DNA from: Octopus vulgaris
Taxonomy: Eukaryota
DNA: 64,000 nucleotides
Reading direction: 5' to 3'
Assembly (NCBI GenBank): GCA_951406725.2
Contig: OX597816.1
Coordinates: 156,116,001-156,180,000, forward strand
In this document: in pieces, positions 28,143-41,207 of the stretch
Layout of the letters: each line of letters opens with the position of its first letter
Position numbering within the stretch: position 1 is the stretch's first letter
Notes under the pieces: model-generated
Told to the model about the DNA's origin: nothing
Databases searched by the model: none
What the model saw: the letters and a program-made list of their open reading frames with translations, nothing else
Made by a program: the position numbers and the translations under genes

Positions 28143-28473
28143 GTGTGGAGGCGTGTGACTCATTGGTTAGAGTATTCGGCTAACGATTGTAAGGTAGTGA
28201 GTTCAATACCCGGTGACGTGTTGTGTCCTTGAACAAGACACTTTATTTCATCTTGTTCCAGTTCATTAAGCTGCCAACAATGAATTGTACATGTAGTTCA
28301 AATGGTCAGCTTTGTTACATTCCGTGTCACACTGAATCTCCCTAAGATCTACGTTAAGGGTTACGCGTGTTTGTAGGGTGCTCAGCCACTTGCACGTGAA
28401 TTTCACGAGGAGGTCGTTCCGTTCCTAGGATCAAGTGGAACCGTTGCCGTCGTAATCGATGGAGTCCCAGGAA
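28143..28473 (+). mobile_element. tRNA-derived CORE-like SINE with candidate 7-bp TSD
   Basis: gtggaggcgtgtgactcattggttagag (A box), gagttcaatacc (B box) and gtgtccttgaacaagacacttta (CORE-like). Flanked by gtaatat at 28136-28142 and 28474-28480. Confidence 0.75.
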
Positions 28474-29423
28474 GTAATATATTGTAAAATGTAGATATTG
28501 CTGTTCAACAATAAGTATATAACTTTATAAAATACTGTAACCAACGCTCCGAAATACAGCTTATTATCTTATAGATAGAAAGCTTACATACTGCAGACTG
28601 TATAATGAATATATAAGTATCTCTTTATAGTACAGCATGTATAACTTATAAGCTGTATTATAAAGCATAATAAACTGTTGAAAAATATATCCTGTACAAA
28701 ATTGCGTGATTCCCGAATTATTGTTCATAAAGTGTAACATATATATCATGTGATAAAAATAAATATATTTGTGTGGTCTGCTGTAATATTGTTAATACAT
28801 TGTTAACTTAAATGTTTATATGCTTGTGAGTTTTATTAATAAATTATTGAACGATAGATACTTTCATTCATTAATTTATAATGAAATAAATACTTTTATG
28901 ATTGTATTAATCGTGATCAGATTTATAAAGGAAATATATATATTCAAACATTTATACTTTACAAAGAACCCAGGAATAACGATATATATATTCCATATAC
29001 CAACGTATGTGATGGCAATGGAAAACTAGTTTAGTTGTATTTTAATTTTTATAGTATTAGGTAAGTGGTGCATATACTATTGATCTTTATGACAAGTTCA
29101 GACTTAATCGAACTGACCTACAATACGCAACGTATATTTTATTGTTTTATATATAACTACATCAGTGAATGAGGTTTTCCGTAATAAAAGAAAAAAGGGC
29201 GTGATTGAATGGGGATTTGACTGTTATATCGGGCGGCCACAGAATGACTCCTGGCGCCCGTATGAAACTGAGATTAATGTAAGCGAATATACATTCTTTG
29301 TCAGATAGAAAAATAACATTTATGATTCGATAAACGGTGAAAACTTGTCGAGTAACAAAGAAAATCTAAAGAATGGTAAACTGATTTTGATTAATTAAAG
29401 AATATAAATATTAAATTAATTAC

Positions 29424-29514
29424 CACAACGAATCCTATGACACAGTCTTCTGTCGTCAGCATATTCAATGAAACTTGTATCACTTACCTGAAAGAAAAAA
29501 GAAAAGGTATTAAA
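29424..29514 (-). promoter_or_regulatory. Candidate recursive splice site (ratchet point) with 64-nt RS-exon
   Basis: Minus strand: tttaat-a-ccttttcttttttcttt-CAG|GTAAGT, with a downstream cryptic donor GTG|GTAATT 64 nt later. Confidence 0.6.
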
Positions 29515-29819
29515 TAATCGATATGTAATAAAGTATATTAATTTTTGATGGTTTCTCCATGTATTATTTCCTAAGAACATCATAAGAAAGCATAAATCCA
29601 AATTAAGCTTATTTCTTAATTTACCAATTGCAGAATTGTATTCGGAGGGGGAAAAATGAGGAGCATAACATGAGCTAATTTGTCATGTATTGAAATATGG
29701 CAGTACGGTCTTCTTGCATGAATTATACAATGGTATATCAGAAAGGTTTATATATAAATATATATGTATACATATTCACACACATACTCATTCACACACA
29801 CACATGCACACACACACAT

Positions 29820-29860
<41 letters not shown>

Positions 29861-29861
29861 C

Positions 29862-29952
29862 ACTTTGAAGATTTGTTTAATCCAATATGATGTGACAAAA
29901 CACCCGACGCAGTGATATCGAACCTGCGTTACTGGTTAAACAAATGTGGTAT
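29862..29952. repeat. Inner 91-bp inverted repeat block (right)
   Basis: Exact reverse complement of 25504-25594, bounded by a (CA)n tract. Confidence 0.93.
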
Positions 29953-30162
29953 GAAATATTCCCTTACTAATAATAATATATTCCAATGATTATTTTTGTT
30001 TTCTTGCAGTGACGTCCAACCATAAATTATCAAATATATCTTCCTTCATTTAATAGATACTATCATAATGATGAATTAGTTTATACATGGTATTAGTGCA
30101 TTAGGAAAATATTTAATATGAATATTCTGAATTAAACATAATAACATACCCGTAAATTAATC

Positions 30163-31626
30163 TTTTGTAAGAATAAAATAGAATCCTCGCACGGACATCG
30201 TAATTAGATTTAAAGGGAAATAGTTAAAATTTTTCAAATTAATGGTTAAAATTATTAAACTATGATTAGCTATTTAAAATTGCAATCAAATTGTTATTTC
30301 ACCTATTATTTCACTGTATTATTTATTCAGTTGTAACGTTGTGAAATTAGTTACAACTACTTGGAAGAAAATCTTAATTACTCTATGGACGGCTACGATT
30401 ATTATTTATTTTACAAGAAATCACCATAAAATTACTTGACGAAACATGAGTGAAATCATCTTATACATCAGGATGATCCATCCTCGGCTGTATCTTCCTT
30501 CGGTATGAGAACTAAAAATTTTCGTCTTCTCAACCTCTTCAAATTTCCCATTAGGCATCTGTTATGAATGTTTACTGGAATTCTAGAAATAGAATTATAA
30601 AATCGTATTCTAAAGTTTATTGAGCCGATAACTAATTATGGGAAAATTCACACACATTAGGGTCATAATGGGACTGCCAGTTTATTTTCAACTCGTTTCT
30701 AAATAGTTTCCGTATCTTTGGTAAAATATTATTCTTTTGTGCGAAAAAAAAATAAAACATCATTTAATTTTAAATCATATTAAACCCATTTTATTAGTTC
30801 AGTTTTGCAATAAATTCTGATGAGACTTTGACCTTCTTAAAAATAGAACACAGGTGCATGTATGTGTCGCATCTCTTAAAATTAGTGTAAGCTTTGACGG
30901 AAGTTTGGCCAACTCGCATTCCTGTTTTCGCTACACCACTGCAATATTCAATGTACTTTTCAATTATCGAAACAGTAATGTGTATCTTGATGGTGGCTTG
31001 TTTATAGCACTTTCAAGGAACTTTTCTTGTCTCGGCAACGTGAAGTTGCGTTTGTTGTCAGCCCAAGATCTACAAATTAGTCAGTACTTTTATGATAAAA
31101 ACTATTCCATCCACGTCTATCTTATCTTTTCAGTATGTTAAAAAAACAGTGACATTATTCAATATGCCTTTCATTTTTTAATATGCAGAATTTTTATCTG
31201 AGGGATATTTTGCTACAATATCTAGCAAGTTATCCTGCCATGTAGAAGTTCCTCGATGGCTTGTGTGATGTTTAAGTGAAATGTATATAAACATAAACGT
31301 TACCTTTACAGGAGACATATGTCTTCCTGTAACTTTTGAAAACTTTTAAGTAACAATTTTATTCTGTGTAAATCCAGAATTGTTTAAATAAACGCTAATT
31401 GAACACTACACTTCTATGCTTGTAAAGGGAAGAATATTATTTCTTACATCAACATATTTAGGCTTCCTTTGCGGATAAAAGTTTGCGTTTTGTACATTTA
31501 TTTTTTGTAATGGAATACGATAATAGCATTATCGACAATGTAAGAAGTGAACTGCGACCCTAGACAAAATTAAAAGCGGCAGAAAATAAATCCTTTAATA
31601 CATTCAGTTATCGTTATATTAAAGTA
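30163..31626. repeat. Right arm of large inverted repeat (1464 bp)
   Basis: Reverse complement of 23817-25279. Confidence 0.97.
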
Positions 31627-32031
31627 CTTTGAAGTACTGCAACGACTTTCCGGACACCGGCTGAAGAGGAAATCGGCTGCGATTGATTCGTATATCTTCT
31701 TTTTGGTCCTGTTTGCCGTTTGTTATGTTATCGTCTACTTTTCCGCGTGTTGTCTTTTGCTGATTTCCCCTTGTTTTTGTTCCTTTTGTCCTACCTTTGA
31801 TTTATCCATGCAGCGCAACGTACCACCTGTTGACTATTTTCTGACAATATACACACACATACACGCACATATACATACATACATACATACATACATACAT
31901 ACGTACATACTTACATACGCACGTTCGTATATATTTGCAGTGAGAAATTTTGGGGGCAGACTTTCAGCCATGTCTAGTGGGACCAAATACTCGTTTTGGT
32001 GGTGGAGAAAAGGGGGGAGGAGGAGGAGGAG

Positions 32032-32062
<31 letters not shown>

Positions 32063-32253
32063 GGATAATGTCGAAAAGGTAAAAGAAAGATCAACAAATA
32101 TGACAAATAACGGAGAGAAAAAAGAAAGAAGAGGAAGGAGAGAAGAATGTGGTGATGGTGGAAGCAGAGTTCGGAAAACATCGAGAGAGAGAGAAAGAGA
32201 ACGGTAGAGGGAGAGAGAGAGAGAGAACGGCAGAGGGAGAGAACGGTAGAGAG

Positions 32254-32284
<31 letters not shown>

Positions 32285-34083
32285 ACTGGTGAAAAATAAA
32301 GATTAAAGAAAAGAACAGTATTTCTAAAATTTCTGGTTTCCAATTAAAAAAAAAATACAGAAATGAAGTTAGCACTTATTTTATATTTTACGTCTCAAAT
32401 ATGTCTTAGCTTTCTTATCTCTTGTCTATAGACATTGTGAGAGTTTTATTAAATTTATTATTTATAGCCTTAATCCTATTCTGCAGACGCCAAGATATAC
32501 TTTTACTCTCACATATTATCTTCTGTGTTATAGGATTATGGAGACGGCGTTATTTAATAAACTAGAAACCTCATTAAAAATGATTATATACATATATAAA
32601 GAAGAAAAAAAAAACCCAGTCCTGTTTCTTTCTATCAATATCACTATTTTGTATGTTATCACTTTCACAGTTTATTTTTTCTAGTTTCTTTTTATCTCAA
32701 TCTAAATCTACATCTTTTAACTATATACTTCATAGTTGAAACATTAATAACGTGAGTGATACTGCTCATACCTTTTATTCCTCCCCCTCCTTCCCCTCCT
32801 CTCTTTCTCCTCCTCCCCTTCTCTCCACCTCCTTCTCCTCACTCCTGCTTCTCCTCATTCCTCCTCCTCCCCTCCCCCTCCCCCTCCTCTACCTTGTATC
32901 CTCCGATCCACCACGCTTCTTCTTCGTGTATTGAGCGGGCAGAACATTTAGTGCGTCGAACAAAATGCTTAGCATATTTCTTTCAGCTCCTTACATTCTG
33001 AGTTCACTCAAAACGTCCAAAAAGAGGTAATCTGGGCTTTTCTTAATCTTGATAAAAGATTATTTCTAAGATTGATGTGACCAACTACTCCATGTCCCTA
33101 AAAATGGTGACCTTGTGTCAAAATTCAAAAACTTAATGATTGTGCTACCAGTCGGTCCGCTTTGATCTACCAGACGTAGGTTCAAAGATATTTGAACCAT
33201 CCCCTCTTTCAAATATATATCTTGCCATTCACCTGCGACGGACCGGCGTCCTGTCCAGGTGGGGAATATATACGCCGGGAAACCGGCTCTTATGAGCCAG
33301 GTGTGGCATGAAAAGGAACAAACATGTTTTCACTCAGCTTTCATGTACACATGTACAGCAGAAAACAAACCACCTCCACCCTTGACCCTCAGGAAATCGA
33401 AGACATGTCAACTGGGTGAAGAAACTGCTACAACCGCTCTCAGATTGTTCCTCTTTCTCAGCAGTGCATTATTAGAAGCTTCTTGCTCAAGGGATATCAG
33501 TGAAGTGCCTTATTCAAGGACACATACGTGCGATCAGTTCTGGCAGTAAAACTCACAACCTTTATATGGTGAGTCATAGTCATTGCGTCTATGTATGTAT
33601 ATTTGTGTGTTTGTTTCTTTATTTTTCTGTCTGTCTCTGTCTCTGTATGTCTGTTTCTCTCACTACTTTTTATATATAGTCTTAAATTAAATCTTCCAAA
33701 TGAATACCCAGGGTTTCCTGGTCGAAATAACGATATATTCCCCTATTTATCAGTTGATTTTTGAGTAGATAACCGAACACTTATTAAACCGATAACATCT
33801 GGTTTATGTCTGCTTGACATCGAATTATTGTAACCTGCGTGATATGCCTCCTGTGTTTCCTTTCTGCCTTCTTTACAAGCGCCTCTTGTTTAAACGTTTT
33901 CTACTCAAAAAGCAACTGACAAACGGTCTGCTTTCAGCTTGATAAATAGCGGAATAAATCATTTCCACCAGGAAGACCTGGGTAGCTGTTTGTAAGGTTT
34001 GTGAGTTGTAATTTAATTTTTTAAATTTAAGTTATTCTCTTAGCTACACGCGTGCTTTTCTACCTGTTGAAACTTTACCTTTA

Positions 34084-34147
<64 letters not shown>

Positions 34148-34164
34148 CACGCACACGCACACGT

Positions 34165-34933
34165 CATCTGCTGAGGTCGCACTCCCACTTGTTGCCTCTT
34201 CGTTTTGAAGTGATTCTCCTCTGTTCATGCATTTTTGTGACGACTGAAACGATGGAGCAAAGTGCTTCTGTGAAGTTCTGTATTCTGCTGGGGAAAATGG
34301 CGGCCGGATCAGTTGTCATCTTCTAACAGCATACAAGGACGCTGTCATGAGCAAGACATGCGTTTGCGAGTGGTTTGCACGCTTTAGGAATGGTCGTTTG
34401 TCGCTTGAACACCAACCTCGTTCAGGACGACCGTCGACCTCCCGAACGAAAGAAGAAAATCAGGTAAATTTATGAACTGATCTTGGAGAACCATCACCGA
34501 ACAATTGACGAACTTGTTGATATGACTGATGCAACCGAATTTTGAGGGAGTAATTGCGAATGAAAAGAGTTGCAACAAAATTTGTGCCTCGCTTGCTCAC
34601 GGAAGATCAAAATCAGTTACGACAAATGCGTGTCGTGAATTGAAAGAAGAGGCGGAAGGTGATCCAGACCTTACTTCGAAAGCCACCACTGACTGATGGA
34701 AGCTGGTGCTCAGGTTTCCAGTTGTGGAAGAGGTAAAGAAAATAACGATGGAGGCGTTAAAATGCATCACTTGGCACTAGTTTCGGCACTGCTTCGATTA
34801 GAGGAAAACGCGCCTGGACCGATGCATTGCTTCGGATAGAGAAAACTTTGAAGGCGATAAAAGTGTAACCGTATAAAACTAAGTGAATAAAATTATACTG
34901 TAAATTTCCGGTTTCATTTGGGTACCCCTTGTA
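34165..34933 (+). mobile_element. Mariner transposon remnant (internally deleted)
   Basis: From ATG 34252: MEQSASVKFCILLGK..AYKDAVMSKTCVCEWFARFRNGRLSLEHQPRSGRPSTSR (mariner HTH region), later KFVPRLLTEDQ. Right TIR-like ccggtttcatttgggtaccccttg followed by TA at ~34908-34933. Confidence 0.88.
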
Positions 34934-35899
34934 TATGCATGTATGTATATCCATATAAGTTTATTTCAAATACTGTACTGTTTTGTCAGGAATATTCTTG
35001 ATCAATGAACAGTCGAATAATGCTGTAATATATCTTCTGAATGCACCATTTTGTTCATAACGTATATACTTAAATGAAGCATCGTCCGGAATGGTTTTCA
35101 ACGAAGTAAAATACAAAATATATAAGAGGTTATAGACTGGTCTCTTTCTAATTTTCCACGTTCAGTATCTATTCCCTGTTTTAGATTAATTGCCAGCTTT
35201 ATCTGAGCATTTGTCAATGATTTATATATGTTAGTAGTAATAATACTGTTGTGATTATTCTCTTAGACATAATATTAGAAGCAGTTCAGATATATAACTG
35301 AAGGGCAAGGAGCTCTCCAAGTAATTCATTAACATATTCCTGTTGCTTTATTGCAAATACATTTAAACATTGGCTTAAATTAGCCTTTGCTCTGCAGTCA
35401 GTGACAATAAATGGTGTTAGGAGGAAAAGAAATGAGCTCATATATCAGTCATTTTAACATCTTTGGTCATTAACTTGCATTGAGTCGTCATTAGATATAG
35501 ACCAATAAATACTGTTTAACTCTCAAAAGGAAAAGCCACAAACTCCAAGGATGTGAAGCACAATTCGAATATGTAACAATCAGAGACTGTTTCATTTCAT
35601 GATTAACGCACTTCACAAGGCAATCTACACCTAGCTATGTTATACGATGTATATTATGATAGGCAGATATATTCAACTCATATTTTAGGCACACATATGG
35701 TAGTCTATAAGCAAATTAGCTTCTTTATTGACAACATGTGGAACGTGTTCTACAAGCTGTTTCTAAGTTATCAAAAAGAATAATTGAAGTTGCGGTCATC
35801 GAATCGTATCCTAACTACTGTTTCGGTTTAATATGATCTATAATTTCGCACTACGGCCAGAGAGTATTATAGTAGTATATCACCAGATATCACAGTAAA

Positions 35900-36880
35900 T
35901 ATTCAAATCCTAAAATATAGTTTATTACTCTGTGGACAGGAAACCAAATCATTAGCGCAAATTTATGATGAAAAGATTTTCATGGGTATGTTAATTATTC
36001 AAGTTGGAATTGAACACACAGTGTCTTTGACAATTAGGCAATTTCTCCGAACATTCGGATTCAATGATGATGTTCCTTCAATGATATTACGTTCATATTT
36101 TACTAAAAAATAAATCATTGAAGATTTTAAATGAAATGGTAATGAAACTCCATGTCATACTTAGACATGAACAAGGATTTTCAAAAGTCTACGAGAAATC
36201 CCTTACAGACTGAAAGACGATCTTAAATACGCTGCTACCAATTTACCTCAAAGGAAAGTTCGTGAGAGTGACTATTTCATTTCAATACTTCAACACAAGC
36301 CAAGAACACAATAGTCTCATTGGTCTGTTTCTGTGCAGTGTTTTCGTATATATTCTGTTCACCGTTAGTGAAAATACACTGTATCTCTTCACGAATAATC
36401 CCACGCTAATTGCACCAGTAACAAGTGAACGCAGGATAAGCCTGAAAGAGTGATCGGAATCTGGAATTCCTTCTATCAAAATGAATAGAAGAAGAAAGGT
36501 CGTATAACAGAACTCTGTATTTGATAAGGACTTAGATCACATATATTGATTCTAAAGAATGTTCCCTTATTATCGTAGTTTGTATAGTTAAGAGTGCTAA
36601 GAATCGCACACCATAAGTTAGTTGACTGATTAAATGAGGAAAATTTTAATATTATCCTCATTGAATCTTTCATACTGGACAGCCAATAAAAGCAACGAAG
36701 TTGAAACTCTGCTTTAGAAATAAAAGCATTCTGTGATAAACACATCAAAGCTAGAGTTTCTCAAAACATATCTGTTTTACTTGCAGTAGCAAACATGTCG
36801 TAGATTCAATCTCACCATCTCGATTGTTAACGCCAAGTCCGACAAGACCTTTCATTCAGCCACCAAAACTTACAGAAACC
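35900..36880 (+). mobile_element. Possible highly decayed Ty3/Gypsy pol remnant
   Basis: Only short fragments: REIPYRLKDDL (RT start-like) and KAFCDKHIK (integrase-like). Weak. Confidence 0.25.
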
Positions 36881-37403
36881 TTTGGAAATGACAGCCTGAG
36901 CTACTTTTACTGATTAAAAGAAATTTTGTAGCGCTGACTGCAGAAATACATCCTGTCACAGGTGTCAGAAAAATAATTCGAAGCAATAATATATTTCTTT
37001 TTCGTTGTCCACGTTGAACAGAAATGTGTGACGACGCTATGTTTCACATTCATGTATAAGAAAACATATATACAAACATAAATACGCACACACATTCACA
37101 CACGCACACATGTACGTATATGAATATAAAATCGTCAAAAGTTTTATTTAAATTGCCGATAAAAACACTGACAATAATTACAGAAGTTCAACACCCTGCG
37201 AGCATACGGGTTAAGAAAATTATTCAACATACCAAATATAACATCCAGCTATATATTTTCCCATATATAGACTCAGAAGTACTGGTTTCTAGACTGGCAT
37301 TATAGCCTCACCTTCATTCAGCACGCGTTTACCATGAAGAAAAATCCCCCAATCTGTCACGAGTTGTGTCTATTTATCACTCGCTGAGATACATCTGCCC
37401 CAC

Positions 37404-38545
<1,142 letters not shown>

Positions 38546-39250
38546 ATAACAGTATATATTGAAAAGTTTGATTTTATAACATGAGAGAATGCTTCATACA
38601 TATTTACTAGCCTGTCAGCTTTTTAGAAGTGTTTTAAAACCTAGAACGTAAATATAAATGCCGTTTAGAGTTTTGGTCACCGCTCTAAAGATTCTTTAAC
38701 TCTTGAAAATAATGGATTCTAACATGAGTACTAATTAAAAAATTATTTGTCTGAGGAAAGCCATTGATTAAATGTAAGCTAAACATGATTTGGCTCCGGA
38801 ATGATAAACCAAAAATCGGTCATAAAGTCGGTCACGATAAAGTATCACAGTTCTTTTGTTTGAGTCAAGGCAGGTTCTGAAATGTGTAAATGTATGAATG
38901 AGCTAGTTTGAGTAAATACATAGGTGCATTAGTGGATAAAGTTGCACTAAAGCACTGAGTGTGCACGTGTGTTGGTTTCATTACTATTTATACGCGTATG
39001 CGATATTGGTATATAGTTTTCTATGTGTGTTCATTCAAGAAAACGGAGAATCACTATATTATCTTTGTTTTCTTCTAACATTTCTAGACATTTATGCGAA
39101 TTGTAAATCTGTTCACTGTACCTATGTATATTTATGAGTATACCTATGTGTGTGTGTACTTTTGTGTGTGTATGTATGTATTGACCTCGTGTGTACCGTT
39201 GGCGATTTTTTTCCTCTGTCTTCCCTTCTCTGGATCTTTCCTTCTCCTAT

Positions 39251-39285
39251 GTTTCCGACGAAGAGCTCCGCTCGAAACGTTAAAC
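39251..39285 (+). ncRNA. Minimal type I hammerhead ribozyme-like motif (Penelope-type, U4C variant)
   Basis: gttt-CCGACGA-a-gagc-tcc-gctc-GAAA-cg-TT-aaac: stem I gttt/aaac, stem II gagc/gctc, palindromic aacgtt at stem III. Confidence 0.55.
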
Positions 39286-39380
39286 CCTCCTTCTTTCCTT
39301 CTTTCCTGATCGTCGAATAATACTATATTTGTTCCACGTCCTCGCGTTGTTCTGTTTTTTGTGCTTTCTTGTTTGGATTA

Positions 39381-39466
<86 letters not shown>

Positions 39467-40299
39467 CATATATATATATATATATATATCTTATCAAATT
39501 ATATCAGTTAAATCTTATGTATTCAAATGAATAAAAATGAATGATATAATGTAATTTGATAATGATTTGAGAGTATTAGTATCAAACAATTTTCATCTCA
39601 CGAATATTTCAGCTAGATATCAGCATAGTTAAGCCGGTTGATTCATTGAATAAACAGAGATATTGAAATAAAAAAAAAAGCATTTCTCTATCAGTGAATC
39701 GCGAAAGGGTGACTGTTGACATATTTCATTCTAGATGCTGTTTCTTGCCGTTCAGCCCAGTTCAATCCAGACTTGGTTGAATAGCCGTTCAGCGCAGATC
39801 AACCCAGGCTTGGCTTAACAGACCTACCATGAAAGTTATCTCACCCGTCGTCAACCACTCTTTTTCCCGTCTCCAAAAGGACCAAGTATCTAATGTGTTT
39901 TTTAAGAGATATCTGGCTGCTGTTTCTAGTTTATCAAGTGGCCATCTAAAGGCACCCTTGTTGGTAGATTAACTTGTATTAACTTGTATTGTAGTAGAGG
40001 TAATTTCAACGCATTATTCACTGCAATACTAATATTGTTGCTGAAAATCTAAATTTCTAAATTTCTAAATTTCATAACATACTTGCCTTGATACTTATTG
40101 AAACACTGACCTAAATTCTCCTTATGGGGACTCAAAATTGTGTGAATTGCAAATGCAGTTTTGTATTAAATTTTTTTTACATAGTTATAACCAGGAATTG
40201 CTGCGGTTAATCGAAATTAGCTAAACACTATAATATTCTATGAGTTATGTTGTGATCGGAATGCTGATTTTAATCTAATTTCTTGTTCTTTTCTTTCTT

Positions 40300-40528
40300 T
40301 TTTCTTCTTAACTTGTTTCAGTCATTAGACTGCGGTCATGCTGGGGCACCGCCTTGATCAATCTATTTTAGTCGACTGAATCGACCCCATGACTTATTTT
40401 TTGTTAAGCCTATGATTTATTCAATCGACCCTTTGTCGAATCGCTAAGCTACGGAGTCTTAAACACACCAACACTGGTTGGCAAGTGATGGTAAGGGACA
40501 AGCCAAGCACAAACACAGAGACACACAC

Positions 40529-40561
<33 letters not shown>

Positions 40562-40594
40562 TGTATGTATGTATGTATGTATGTATGTATGCAT

Positions 40595-40638
<44 letters not shown>

Positions 40639-40788
40639 GACGGACTTCTTTCAGTCTCCGTCTACCAAACCCACTCACAAGGCTTTGGTCGGCCCGAGCC
40701 TATAGTAGAAGACACTTGCCCAAGATGTCACGCAGAGAAACTGGAATCGGAACCATGTGGTTAGGAATCAATCTCCTTATCCCACAGC
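40300..40788 (-). mobile_element. tRNA-derived SINE family B (CORE-like, internal microsatellite)
   Basis: acttgtttcagtcattagactgcggtcatgctggggcacc...(TATG)n(TA)n...gaagacacttgcccaag...aaccatgtggtt; matches 54204-54625. Confidence 0.85.
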
Positions 40789-40819
40789 TTGAGATTAACC
40801 ATTCTTATATTCTTTTCTA

Positions 40820-41207
40820 ATCTAGGCAAAAGGCCTGAAATCTTTGGGGGACGGGACCAGTGGATTGGTTCGACCCCAGTACGCAACTGGTACTTAATTA
40901 ACCGACCTCGAAAGGATGAAAGGCAAAGTTGACCTCGGCGGAATTTGAACTCAGAGCGTAACGGCAGACGAAATACCTATTTCTTTATTACCCACAAGGG
41001 GCTAAACATAGAGGGGACAAACAAGGACAGACATAGGTATTAAGTCAATTACATCGACCCCAGTGCGTAACTGGTACTTAATTTATCGACCCCGAAAGGA
41101 TGAAAGGCAAAGTCGACCTCGGCGGAATTTGAACTCAGAACGTAACGGCAGACGAAATACCGCTAAGCATTTCGCCCGGCGTGCTAACGTTTCTGCCAGC
41201 TCGCCGT
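40820..41207 (-). mobile_element. Tandem SINE family A (partial unit joined to a full unit)
   Basis: Two successive cgaccccagt...gcagacgaaatac units, joined at aaatac|ctatttc (40971-40983). Confidence 0.88.

Noticed and set aside
29040-29066. + strand TAG|GTAAGT as a second ratchet point
   Set aside because: Poor pyrimidine tract with a competing AG 6 nt upstream; far weaker than the 29488 site.
31655-31700. CTGAAGA plus stem at the right boundary of the large IR as a hammerhead
   Set aside because: The GAAA half of the core is missing.
32010-32890. Polypurine (32010-32290) and C/T-rich (32770-32890) tracts as an inverted repeat or G4/triplex element
   Set aside because: Low-complexity complementarity only; no specific alignment.
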